DNA of 64,000 nt from Phallusia mammillata (lineage: Eukaryota), in contig OZ281499.1 in the NCBI GenBank assembly GCA_965637545.1, forward strand, positions 10,788,001-10,852,000, read 5' to 3'. Position numbers and translations under genes: made by a program. Shown piece after piece: positions 1 to 12,500 of this stretch. Below the pieces are notes generated by a model. That model saw only the letters and a list, made by a program, of their open reading frames with translations, was not told the DNA's origin and did no database searches. Every line of letters begins with the position of its first letter. Within the stretch, counting starts at the first letter, position 1.

Positions 1-91
1 AATCTTTTTATTACCCTCAGTAGCAGATAATTAGTATATATTTCAGAATGTGCAAAAAACAGACTAAATTTCTTGTCTTGTTTATACTTAC

Positions 92-2607
92 CCAAAAGCA
101 TATGGAACGAAAAAAGTTGAAGTAGCAGTATGATGATAAGAACCACAAGAATCATTTTGATAGCAATGAAAACTTCAAAAGTGATTTGGGTTGCATTGTT
201 GGTTGATGAGCTGCTCCACCAAACATCTGTGATCACAAGATGGGCACTATAAGTTATATATTTTTTTTTTCCGCAATAGTCACCCCCAACCTATTGCCCT
301 TTTTGGAATAACAGACTCCAGGTTAGGGACATCTTTTCTGACACAACATTTAAAATAAACTGATAGAAATGCGTCATAATTATCAATAATAGTAAAAAAT
401 GCACACAAAACACACAGTAGTCTTTTTTTGCTTTCAAAATTTCAAGTTATTACAAATTAAAATAATAACCTGTTATGCTTTTAATATAAACCTTCTCTTA
501 TTTTTATTACACATCTTAATTTAACTTTAACATCACTCTTACCTTGATTAAGCCACTGAAAACCCTGAACAGCATTTATAAAAACAAGCAAAGAAATTAC
601 CATCATTCCAATTGATTCAATAAGGCCCGTGAAAATTAAAACTAAAAAGGCTCTGTGAAAAAAAAAATTACGCAAGTTTAAAAAATTTGATGGCAAAACA
701 ATAAGAAGTAAGGAGTGGGTCTCTTAACAGGCCTAAAATCTATGTTAAAAAAACGTTTTTGCAGCACACTTTGCAGGCTTAAAACACATGTAATTTAGTG
801 TTAAAAGTGAGATTGCAGTGGGCAACAAATTGGATCAAAATGGGGTTGCAGTGTTGTCATGGATACCCAAACTTCATTACCAATCAAACTTATAACATGT
901 GCACTCATGTATATATAGTTAAAGGACTTGTGAACAATATTTATTACAACCTGGTAATTTTTTTTTCTTAAAACAAAAACATCAATTAAAATTCACTAAG
1001 CCACATGTTTGCTTCAAGTTTAGTAGAAATGTGGAACAGAAGTACCTGTAGTTTTTCTTCCCAACACAGTTATTTAGCCATTTGCAGTGATGGTCAAACA
1101 CTGCAACACACTTGTTACAGGCACTACAATGCTTGCTTTGCACACCTCTAAAAAACAATACACATTAAACAATAGGCATCTTTAAATTACAGGTACAAAC
1201 AATATTATATTTTCTGCAATGCAATCTAAACATGCCCAATTTGTTTGCACTTTTTGATGAGTGGCATTGACAAACCACAGCATAGTGTTTTTTATGAACA
1301 TTTGAGCGCATGGTTCACCAATTAATTATCTATTGTTTTGTGTTCCATAAAATTTTAACATGGGGCAACCAATATTGCCTTGGTGGTTGTTCAGTGCAAA
1401 TGTGTTTTTTTGCCACGCAATATAAACTCAACTTAACTTTCCATTCTACCTAAAAAATTTCAACAGGAAAACAATATAAACCAATCCTTTAAGTCGGGGA
1501 CTTACATGAAGAAGTGATATGACCCTGAATTCAGTCACTAATTTCAAAATTTTAAGGCAATGTTTCCCATTAGGCTTTAAAAGCATTAATTGGAAATATA
1601 TATGACAAAGAGCATAACAATGCCATTCAATACTCAATACTTACACAGGAACTTCACAAATATGGCAATAATTATTTTCTATAACATGCCGGTGTTGTGA
1701 TCGATCAAATTTTGGCATTGGTCCATTAACGTTGTTTATTCTAGCTTCAGCATTGTCATCAACAGGGTTTATTGTGGTTGCAACAATTAAAAATGTCAAA
1801 TGAACAACATATCCAACTCCCATACACTACAAAAATAAAAAAAATCAATTTACTCAACCTCTTTTATTGTATGTGTCCCCATTGTTACAATAAAATCTAT
1901 AATAAGACAGTGGAAAGATAGATGTATTTAAGACAAAACTCTTTGTTATCAGGCAGACAAGAACAAGACATTTTCGCTTGTATTAAGGAACATTTCTTGA
2001 CCTCCAACTCTTAAACACACTGTGTGGTCATACTAATCCAATTTTCATATTTTAACAAAAAAGATTTTTTTAAAATCCTACTGCGTAAGCTGCAGGCCAG
2101 GAGCTTGCTGGAAGCGCAATGATTTCAACTCCAAAAGTCATCAGGGCACAAACTGCTTCCACACCCCATGCCAAAATCTGTAAACAATTCCAATTGTAAT
2201 TTTTTTAGCTGCAAAAGTTTCATATGAAAAAACAGCTATTTGTCAAAAAAAAAACAAGATTGAATATTATATATCTATGAACAGGTGACTGCAGTGAGCA
2301 TGCTCACTTCCTTTGATTTACTGTTGGAGAAAGTTGTGCAAAGATTTTGATAAAACAGAAGCATTTTTTTGTTAGTAAAAGAAAAAAAAACTCTAATCAT
2401 GCAGCAGTATGAGACCAAATTCAGTGGTTAAAGGTACAGTAGGCATTGTTGATTCTCAGATCTTGTAACCTCCTAATTAATAATAAATGTGGAAGTGTAA
2501 AACTTTTGTACCTGTAAACCGTTTAAAGGCAAATGCCATCCATTTATTCGAGGGAACTTTTCACCTGTATCACCAGTTTGTGCCCTTTTGCCATTATAAC
2601 GACACAT
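92..2607 (-). CDS. ZDHHC11: DHHC palmitoyltransferase, ZDHHC1/ZDHHC11 family; 5' part only, the gene continues beyond the window start
   Basis: Exons (minus): 2512-2607, 2082-2177, 1645-1826, 1046-1147, 543-652, 92-226. All have GT-AG boundaries and consistent phases. The translation contains [33 protein letters not shown] and [30 protein letters not shown] (DHHC-CRD). I cannot separate ZDHHC1 from ZDHHC11 by eye. Confidence 0.9.
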
Positions 2608-3248
2608 ATAGTTTTTTTGTGGCAACAAATTCAGTACACTTATTTGAATACACACCAATTTTAATGGGAAAATTAACAGTGTTTTGAGTCACTTGTCATT
2701 CAAGATTCAACTACATGATTCTGTAAAAAGCAAACTTTTTGAATAAAATGTATTGAAACTTTGACATTATGCAAGATGATGTCCTACTCCTAACTTTCAT
2801 TGTTAAAACAGTGTGTTTTGTCTTCCTACAGTCTTACACCATAATGAATTAATGATCAACAACCTTTGTAAACAAAAATCCCCAACGCCTAGAGACCTCA
2901 GTCCAGATTAATAGAAATAGTATTAAAAATACAGTGATTTTTATAGTTTCACGCAAAATGCAAAAACAAGCAATTTTAAACAAGCATGCACAACTAGTTA
3001 CAAAAAGGTGAATTTGAGATTTCAAACCTAAATCAGAGACCGTTTAGTTTTGAAAAAATATAATTGGAATAGTGCTAAAACTTAAATCGGTTTTATTGCA
3101 ATGTGCGAGCATGACTATGCATATATTTGTTTGCCCAAACAAATCATTAGGTCAATATGTTCACGCATGCGTGTCGAACGCGTGGACTAGAACAGAAAAC
3201 AACTTATCTCTTCGTGAAGTGGACTGCATTGTGTTGTTGCATTAGGTT
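2608..3248. promoter_or_regulatory. Putative shared (bidirectional) promoter between the ZDHHC and ODC-like genes
   Basis: The two divergent ATGs are only about 640 bp apart. There is a 12-bp palindrome CACGCATGCGTG at 3162-3173. No transcript data. Confidence 0.35.
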
Positions 3249-6200
3249 ATGTCTTCATCAAACGTTTACGACATATGTTTTGCTGAACCGGTGTTTTGTC
3301 CTCGAGATCAGGTTGTAACGGTTGTTCCAGATGGAACTACCATTACAGATTTTGCTAAGCTCACAATAGCCGCGACCAAAAATGCTGAGGTATGTTTAGA
3401 TATGATTTTCCAGTATCGGTTACACAATCAGTGCATAGGCTAAATGTTAATTAACTTTTTGTTAAAGAACAGGGCAAATGTTTCGAAAGTCACTCAAGCG
3501 TTTAAGAAGTACTTTTTAACCCAACAGTTTGTTTGAGCAAGTAATCTTCTGTTGATCTTTTGTTAAAAAAAAACTATTGCGTCATGTTGCTGGGATTACA
3601 AAAAACGCTGTGTAAATTAAAATTGATAAAGTATGCCTGCAGGACATTCAACTTTATGCAGCATTTTGTTGTTTACCCACGTGTAGGTCTCAAGTTATTT
3701 GTCGCAGAAAAAGCCTATTTTCAACTAACAAAACTGTTCGATCCGTTCATAACAGACCCCAACAAAACAATAAGGTTGTAGACAAGCATTCAACAATTGC
3801 TCCGTTAAACCGGATGTTAAGACAACTTAAAATTACGCTATAGATCATGTCGGGAGGTTTGGCGGCACTATTTTGTATTTCAACTGAATTTTACAAGCAT
3901 GGTTGATTGGTTGGTAACAACTTTTAATTTTTATCATCATGTAGTACAGGGGTTGGCAACCTTTTTTCTACTGCGGACCGTTTTTTGAACTAAAATTTTA
4001 TCGCTAGTCGTCCTTAAAAAAACTACAAATTTTTAGCAACGAAAACGCCTAAATTAGTTTTTCATCCCAGGGATACGTGAGCTAATTGTTTGAAAGGTTT
4101 AACCTGAAAAATTATACGGCCCGGTAACGAACTCGGCGGTTGCCGACCACTGATGTATAATACTACATATATGTCAGCGCGTTTTACCATTATCCACTAA
4201 TTGTGCGCGTTTTGCGTTTCGCAAAACTACGGTGCTCTACTTTTCCCCTTGGTAATTGTTTTAGCGGAATTCTGCCGCTTTGTTGTCGTTCATCAAGAGA
4301 AATAATGTCAACTTAACATGACTCAACACAGTTTCCTTTGTCAAACACTGCAAAAATGAAGTAATGATGTTCCTTAGTTGATTTCCATTTGTTTTCAACA
4401 GGATTGGGACGAATCGTTTTATGTCTGTGATCTTGGTGTTGTAGTTTCGCAGTTTCATCGTTGGACACAAGAACTGCCTCGAGTTCAACCTTATTATGCT
4501 GTAAAGTCAAATTCACTTACTCCAGTGATTCGAACAATAGCTGCATTAGGAGCTGGATTTGACTGTGCGAGCAAGGTCAGTGCTGGATCAGATATTTTAT
4601 AGTACGCCAGGCCTACTTAAGGCGCCATACCCAATCAGCTGGCCACTAAGCATTCCCACATGGCAAAGGCGCAGCAAGTCTGCGGTGGGATCCACGATAC
4701 GAGCCATTTTAGAGGTGAGCACGATGTAAGTCGAACCACAACTAGATCAATACATTGCAACACGAAAAACACGGATTGATTTAGGTGTACTGAAAGAGTC
4801 AGTTTACTAAGTTATGATTATCCGCAACTTGAATCATCTGTATTGAGCGCACGTTGGTTCAGGAAGATTTCTGTAAAAACACAGTTTTACACAACTAGAT
4901 CAGTTAAAGGTCGGATTTACAACAGAATTTCTTCTCTTGACTTAAAGTGACATTTAAAGTAAGCGAACATTAGGAAGATGTTTTCAAGCATACTTAGACA
5001 GTCGGGTAAAAGTTTGACCCCCAAAAAACTAATTGTATTCCTTTTTTTTAGAACGAACTGAACAGTGTGTTAAAATGTGGTGTCGACCCCTCACGCGTCA
5101 TCTTTGCCAGCACTTGCAAGTTTGCGTCACACATTTGCGACGCGCGGCGACGTGGCGTCACAATGACGACAGTGGACAACGAAGACGAACTGATGAAGAT
5201 AAAAAGCATGTGGCCGAAAGTAAAGTAAGAATAGAATTGAAAAAAATGTTTTACAATTAGTACGTTTTCTTATTATAAACCGTGGGGCAAACATCAACTT
5301 CCTCCTGTTTTTAAGCATTGGGCTACTGTTAAATAGTTTTAGTCGAACGCTTTTGCCTCTTGAGCAGAGGTGGGCAGATAGATTAACTCAGCAACACGAA
5401 AGTTACCGTTACGAGTCAAAACCGAATTTAATTGCTACTGTAACATGCAAGGTAATTTCAGTTAATCTTAAAGTTTGTGACATCATAGCCAAGATTACGT
5501 CTATGCGCAAATAATCTGTTGTGATGGGAACAGGGGTATTACTCCGCAGAGGACACTCATTTTACGAAAAAGGTATGCTTAATACCAAATTGATTACCAA
5601 ATTAAAAGATGCAAATACTTTGCAGTTTCAAAGGCGCTTTAGGAGTTGTAAAAGCGAAACAACTTTGATTAAAAACGTGTTACCGTTGTGTTCAAAAGGT
5701 ATTGCCCGTCGCCGTACATACCTTTTTTCGAGTGTTCCCATGACCGTGAAGACAGTTTTTTAAATGTCTTCTTGTGCCTGTGGTTTTATAGTTTGCAAGA
5801 CGAACAAAATCTGGTTACAAATAAGCTTTGGCGAAGTCATTTTGTTTATCCCACAGTTCTTATATGTATTTTTTTCGTACTTTGAAATCGCCCTATTAGA
5901 ACTAAAAAGGCCCCTGTTGAAGAACCTAGTTTCCGGACTGTACTCATACATTAGGGTGACCAGACGTCCGGAATTTTCCGGACATGTCCGGAATTTGGGT
6001 GTAAAATCGGAGTCCGGAAAATATTTAAGCACACTCTTGTTGTCCGGAATTTAACGTCTTTTAATTCCAACCTACTGGTTCTTACCAAAATTGTTTTACT
6101 AGGAAACTCGAAGGTTTATTTTGTTTAGTATACGATGAATGAATTGAACGGCAATTTTTGGTTTATTTTGCGTCATGAAAGCTCTCGAAACCCTGTAAAA

Positions 6201-8905
6201 AGGAGGGTCGCCCTTAAACTATAAAAAGGGCCGGGTCGCCCTAAATCCCCTTAAACGAGTTGTATAGAACTTTTGTTTTTTTAACTTATTAAAAAATGCG
6301 TTTATCTTTGTAACAGTAATACTATTTAGACAAAAATGGGACTGTTTGGGTTGATAACACGTAAAAAACATGCAATATAACACAATATAACGCAAGTTTG
6401 GAGTCGCCAAAGAAATTTATTGAAACCGCCAGGAGTTGGAAATTTATTGAAACCGTACGTTGCTCACGTAGATATGGTGGCCCTGCAATACAAGGCCCGT
6501 TTTTAACCATGAAAAAACATTTCAGAGCATCAGAAGACGCCAAAAGTCCACAAAAGAGTTTATAAACCAGTGTACGACCGCGTATGTTTTTCCAATTGCC
6601 TGTTTTACTTAGAATAGTTCTGCGGATTCGAACTGATGACAGTGAAGCTGAAATTAAGTTTTACAACAAGTTTGGAGCCACTGTTGAATATTCCAAATAC
6701 CTAATACGAAAAGCTGCCGAACTTGGTCTCTCAATGATTGGAATCAGGTTCGATTGTTATAACCTATAAGCTTACAAATAATTTCAATCGGAGTTAAGCA
6801 TTCTGTGCACGCAATCCTTAGTTGACCTAAAGATTAAGTTTTTCTGAACTTAAAGTTTCACGTATTGGTCAAGAAAAGGTTTTTTAACCTTATAATTTTT
6901 GCGTAAGTGGTTAAATATTCTATGTGGACAAACAAGTTAAATCAGCTTGTGACAAATCAAAATAGGCTTTTGACATGTTTAATTGTTTGAATAAGTAATT
7001 TTTACAAAAACATTTGGTAAATTTTGTTTTCGTGTTGCATTTTATTTCAGCCGTATTGCGTATTGCAACGGCTTGATCATCCAAAACTAAATTCATTGAA
7101 AATATGTAAGAGGGATAAAATGATTCACATAGACATTATTTCAGATAAACGGTGAGGTTAGTAAAATCAGGCATGATCGGAATCATCAGTTATACGTTTC
7201 ATAACACAAATTGCAGTTTTCATGTTGGAGGTTGCACCGCCAGCGCTAAACCATACCAGAAGGCGATCAGAGACTCAAAGGATCTTTTTGATTTCGCAAA
7301 GGACGTTGGGTTTAACTTTCACTTGTTAGATATTGGTGGGGGATTTCCAGGAAGCACATTAGAGAACGAAAAAATCGCATTTGAAGTGGTAACAGTTGCT
7401 TTCGTTTGCTTATGTACATAGTACTTAACATAAACTAACAAGCAGGTTATAACATACGTACATCTTGACGCTGATGTTTGAACTTGGACCTCGGACATGA
7501 AAGCTAATCGATTCAAACATAGTAGACGTTTTTCTTACCTTTTCTTCATGAGGTTATGTAGTTCATAATTGGGGATGAAACAATCTAAAGATAAATCTAA
7601 AATGAAAATGATGAGAGAAGAACAATATTTGCAGATGGCAGCGACAATTCGAAATTGTTTGAACGAAAACTTTCCTGAACAAAGTGGGATAAAGATAATT
7701 GCTGAACCTGGTCGAATTTTTCCGGCAAAAGCCTGTTCCCTTGTAGCTAACATCATAGCAAAGAAAAACACCAACGGTTAGACAGATTTTATTTGCAAGC
7801 AATACCATTATGTTTTTTCACATATATATATTTTAAAGCAATGTATCTAAAGTATCTATCACAAATATAATTGTAGTTTAAGTCCCAATCTTACAATTTT
7901 TAAAGAAGTCCTCTGTTCTTTTTTTTTATAAATATAACAATAAGCGTTTCCAGTAAATTTGGATTGAACTTTCGGATATCCGTGTCCAAATAAATTGGCC
8001 TTCGTGAGGGTGAAAGAGGCAATTGTGAATAGCTCAAGATATTATATTACGCAATGTTTTTCAGAGGAAACAGCATACTACGTGGGTGACAGCATCTTCG
8101 GCGCTTTTTCGACTGGAATGTTTCGCAAGTTTAACTATGACACCGCGCCTGTTTATGTAAGTAGAAAGCTTGGACTTAATTGAAACCAATCAGACGCATA
8201 CTTACGATTACTTAGAGCAAGAAAAACGAAAAAATAAGTCAGACAGTTATTTATGGATCAACGTTAGCTGGCATGGACATGATAAATGGAAATGCTTTTT
8301 TGCCAGCGATGGACGTTGGTGATTGGCTGATATTTAAAGGTAACCATGCGATTACACTGTAACAGCTGTTCCCAACCTTTTTCGACAAAATTCCTTCTTA
8401 ACAATTCAAAACATTTTATTCCTCCCGAATATACTACATAGTAAAATATCCAAACCACACAACAATACTTTCAAATTGCTTTTTTATCAACTTTACTGGG
8501 TATATTTCCAAAACTTAAGTGTCTATTTACAAACCACATGTAAAAATTAAAGTACTTTTCTCCCCAGTTGATGTAAAAAAAAACACTTATCTGTTAAGAC
8601 GTTACATGGTTTAACTACTGATTTAATGTTCAAGAACGTAAACGATTATAGCGTAGGAAATGCTTACCTCAAATGATGTTTCGTTTGCAGAAGTTGGAAG
8701 TTACGGACCTTGTTTATCGGTAGGATTAAATGGGTTATTCACATACAAAGCAGATTACTTTGCTGAAGAAAACGTGATGTATGTTTTGAAATATTTGGAA
8801 AATCAGTTTAGAAACCCTGAAAATGTTTCTTTTGTTTTCAGGAAAAAACTTAAAAGTTCATGCCCATTTCCGACCTTGCTGTCCCAAACTTCTGCATTGA
8901 TGTAG
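3249..8905 (+). CDS. Ornithine decarboxylase-like protein (fold-type III PLP enzyme, 434 aa) with a non-canonical active site
   Basis: Exons: 3249-3389, 4402-4575, 5052-5224, 6613-6747, 7217-7388, 7635-7776, 8065-8156, 8216-8339, 8691-8778, 8842-8905 (1305 nt, open frame). Motifs: PYYAVKSN, GFDCASK, VLRIRTDD, KFGA, FHVGG, LDIGGGFPG, IAEPGR, YYVGDS, YGSTLAGMD, VGDWL, GSY, NG. Confidence 0.92.
3947..4152. mobile_element. hAT (Buster/Charlie-type) MITE
   Basis: TIRs CAGGGGTTGGCAACC / GGTTGCCGACCACTG; imperfect 8-bp TSD ATGTAGTA / ATGTATAA. Confidence 0.7.
4601..4672 (-). repeat. Diverged copy of the body of the tRNA-like cassette at 24678-25130
   Basis: AGTACGCCAGGCC...AAGGCGCCATACCCAATCAGCTGGCCACTAAGCATTC aligns by eye with AGTACGCCAGGGCCATTGAAGGCGCTATACCGAATCAGCCGGTCACCAAGCATTC. 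Confidence 0.65.
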
Positions 8906-8928
8906 TTACTGCTGACGTTCATTTAGGC

Positions 8929-9140
8929 CAGTGGTTCTCAAACTCGGTTTTCGGGGCCGCATGCGGCTCCCAACTACTTATTTTGCGGCTCGCACCAGAC
9001 CTCAGAAAACCACCAAACATTGCTATTTTAGCTTTTAAAGTAATAATCTTTAGTGATTTTCTTAAGGTTTCGTTTTTTTGCGGCTCTCTACACACTTAAA
9101 AAAAATACCATTTGGCCCCGACAATAAAAAAGTTCCACTG
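8929..9140 (+). mobile_element. hAT MITE in the ODC-like 3' UTR, right TIR partly deleted; same family as 63740-63956
   Basis: Left TIR CAGTGGTTCTCAAACT; perfect TSD ATTTAGGC on both sides; internal sequence nearly colinear with the 63740 copy. Confidence 0.85.
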
Positions 9141-9532
9141 ATTTAGGCTATCATTACTTTGGGGTCTGTAATTTGTTTGACGTGTTAAAAAGTATTTTCA
9201 TTTGTTTTGCAAAGCAAGTTGATATGAAGTAAATTAAATGCAAATTTATTTGATTGTATAGGCACTTTTCATAAAATCAACGCTTACGCCATTGTGACAT
9301 TTTACCGACAGCAGTCAAGCTTTATATACAACAGTTAAACTTAAATTTACAAAACAACGCTACACTAGCGACAAGTTATGCAATACAATTCGTTTGAATG
9401 ATAATATACAAGCGTATTAAAAGCAACAAGTAAAAAGCATTTCTACAAAAATTGCAAGCTAGCACAGCAACAATTAAGTTAAAATACATGCATGATTGTA
9501 AAAAGGGGTTAAAAGTGTAAAAACTTTGGTGT

Positions 9533-12500
9533 CTATGTCCGGATTGCCCATGGAGTTTTGCTTTCATCTTCTTCAGCCGTGGCGTGATTTCTATGCTGCA
9601 CAGGGAAGTAAAAATATTGTGTAATTGGGTCGTTCTAAATTGCTAACAAACAAACTCACAATAAGGCACTACCGACAAAGTGTCGAATTACGTTGATACA
9701 TGCACAAAAATCTTCATTACATTATACGTGTTTAATTGGGCAAGAATCGCTTATTTTACCGCGAATGAAAGGTGACAAATTATGTTAGATTATCTAATAC
9801 AATTTGATTTATATTTAAACTATTTGGCTCACCTGACGAACAAATCTGTCACCGCAAGTCATTCGGATGCGTTCGGCAGTCGCTGGGGCGTCCATCCGAA
9901 ACCTTCCATGTAATCCCGAATCATTCCGAGCACTTCCGACGGCGTCTTTAATTGCGAAAAATGCCGAGGCAGCGAGAAATAGCGGCGGTTCTCCCACAGC
10001 CTGAAACAGCGAAGATAATTAGAGAGCAATCGGAATTGAGGGCACAAAAACAACTACATATCAATCGGAATTAAGGACACAAAAAATATCAATACCTTGG
10101 ACGAATAGATTGCTTTATCGTTTTCCGAATTTCCCAGCAAATGGACATTAAACTCCTTGGGGCAATCCCCGAAGCCAGGAATTTTGTAAGCACCTGGTCC
10201 AACTGTGATAAGTCGCCCATTAGATGTATGCAAAGGCTCTTCCATCGTAAACAGACCATAACCCTGAACAAACCCCCCTTCAATCTGCAAAACAAACCGA
10301 CAAATTTAATGTGTCTGAAATAATTGTAAGTTGGTCCAACATGCTTTCACGTAATTATATCGACTATATGCCGAAAAAGGTTGAACTCGTTTTTTTGGAT
10401 CTTGCAAACGACTCAAATCTGTCAAACCTGTCCAATATCGATGGCTGGATTAAGGCTTTTCCCTACGTCCATTACAATGTCAGTTTGAAGCACCACGTGA
10501 TCACCGGTCAAGCAGTCCACCTCGACTTCAGAGACAGCTGCACCGTAAGTGTAGTAGTTTGAATGACGACCTTTTACGGTTCCGGTGTGCACATCCCAGT
10601 TGCTGTACATATCGGGAATTCTGTAGTCAAAAAAGCAAAGCCGGGCGTGAAAAAGTTTATTGCCAATCTTCAAAAGGCACGGCAAAACAACATTCCCTCT
10701 GAGCTATATGGCGCACCACTCCCACATTCCTATAACAAATCGTTTCTGCGCATATAAAGTCTCACAAAAAAATACTTATAAACAAGCGGTCCAAATCCCC
10801 CACATAAAAGTTATGGAGATTGCTGCTGTACTTTGACATTTTAAACGAGTTATGTAGCTTACTGAGAATCTAGGTTTCGAACACAGTTGTGTGGTCAGCG
10901 CCTAAAAATCTAATGCTGCTCACTGTGGTATTCGGTATGCTAGGAGAGCTTTTGTTTTTGCACGGACAAATTCAAACATAGAAGGAACATTGTTTCAGCT
11001 TTTGCGGAAAACGCACCTGTAAAATCCCGTAGCAGATAAACTAACTCGCTCCATGTAAGCTTGTAAAATCAATTTGTCCCACGAAAGTTCTGGAAACTTT
11101 TTCCGGATTGGCGCAAGTCGTGATACTATTTCATCACAGGCCGCCTGTACACAGATAAGGAATATATTGGTCATGTGCATGCATAAAAAAAAAGGATTTC
11201 TGAACAACGATTCCAACGATTAAGAAGCAAGTGAATCTCCTCATCAATAGATACTTAAATCAGAGTAGCAGTGGAGCTTTTTAAGGATTTGTCAGCTTGC
11301 GAACATAAATGCTAAAAAACTATTAACCAAGTTAATAAAATAGATTGTGTGAATGGAAAAATGTCCTCACTTTTACAGCCATTCCGTTCATGTCCGATCC
11401 CAGACTCCCAGCGGTTGTTCCCCCGTTTGGAACGTGAGTTGTGCTCGTCTCCGATATGTGGATACGGGAAACGGGAATTCCAAGACAACGACTAGCAATC
11501 TAGTGCAATGTACCACAAATAAAAATCAAATATACAAGCATTGTGGGCTTCTGGATTTAAATATTCAAAATGACATGTTTGAACATAAACAAAAAATCAC
11601 ATTTTAGTAAATACCTGTATCATTTTTGTATGCAGTCCTTGACCCATTTCGGTTCCACCGTGTGTTAAGTAAACTGAACCGTCCGTGTAAATGTTTATTA
11701 GTGCCCCCGCTTGACAACGGTATTCTTTGATTCCTATTGCAAACTTTGTTGGCACGCATGCCAGCCCTCTTTTTCTCCACCTTTCAAATTTAACAAAAAT
11801 ATTATGTCGACTGCAATTTTGTTTGCTAAAACTATCTGACAATAAAGCTACTGAAAAACAATTGTGTTATATGAACATATTCTAAACGGTTGTCCGAACT
11901 ACTTACAGGATATTCCAATATAAACTAGAGCACAACATTACTCTCAAGTTTAGTTGTTAGAACGTAAATGCTTTTGTATTTTGATATCGACTGCACCTGT
12001 TTTTACTGTTGTAGGCGTCAACTTCTATACGTCTCTTATCAAACTGGGATATTTTCATGCATTCTTCCCAACAGCGTCGTGCGTTTGAGGTTTCCAAAAC
12101 TTGATTGAAATGGGTCAAGTCTCCAGCTCTGTATAAGTTCGTTTCTCTAACCTATGAAGTTTTAATAATTCATGTTTCAACTTTCTCATATATTTTTGCA
12201 AATAGTGGTGAACTATTACTAGCGTTTGAAGTATAGCGTTTCTGTTTTTTGTTCAATAACTTTTTTGTTGCTATCTGACTTAGGTTAGTTTTCGATTTTA
12301 AATTGTACTGTATTTTTCCCTAAAAATTAAGGTGCAGGAAATTGCTAAACAGCATAAAAATGTAAAAATCTCTTTAAAATATAGTATTAATGCTTTTGTT
12401 TTCACGTTGTTTCTGAAAATGGGGTTTAGCATGGGTGACATATAATTGGCGATTTCGTATTTGAAACAATATTTTGTGGGTGCTATACATGTTCGCACTA

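Noticed and set aside
5952-6243. TAGGGTGACC... element with a degenerate, duplicated right end
   Set aside because: Probably an old hAT relic, but there is no TSD and the ends are ambiguous, so I did not annotate it.
11371-11499. Apparent frameshift and stop in XDH-A exon 25
   Set aside because: Recounting the C-run at 11420-11424 gives five bases, and the 129-nt exon is in frame (PNGGTTAGS).
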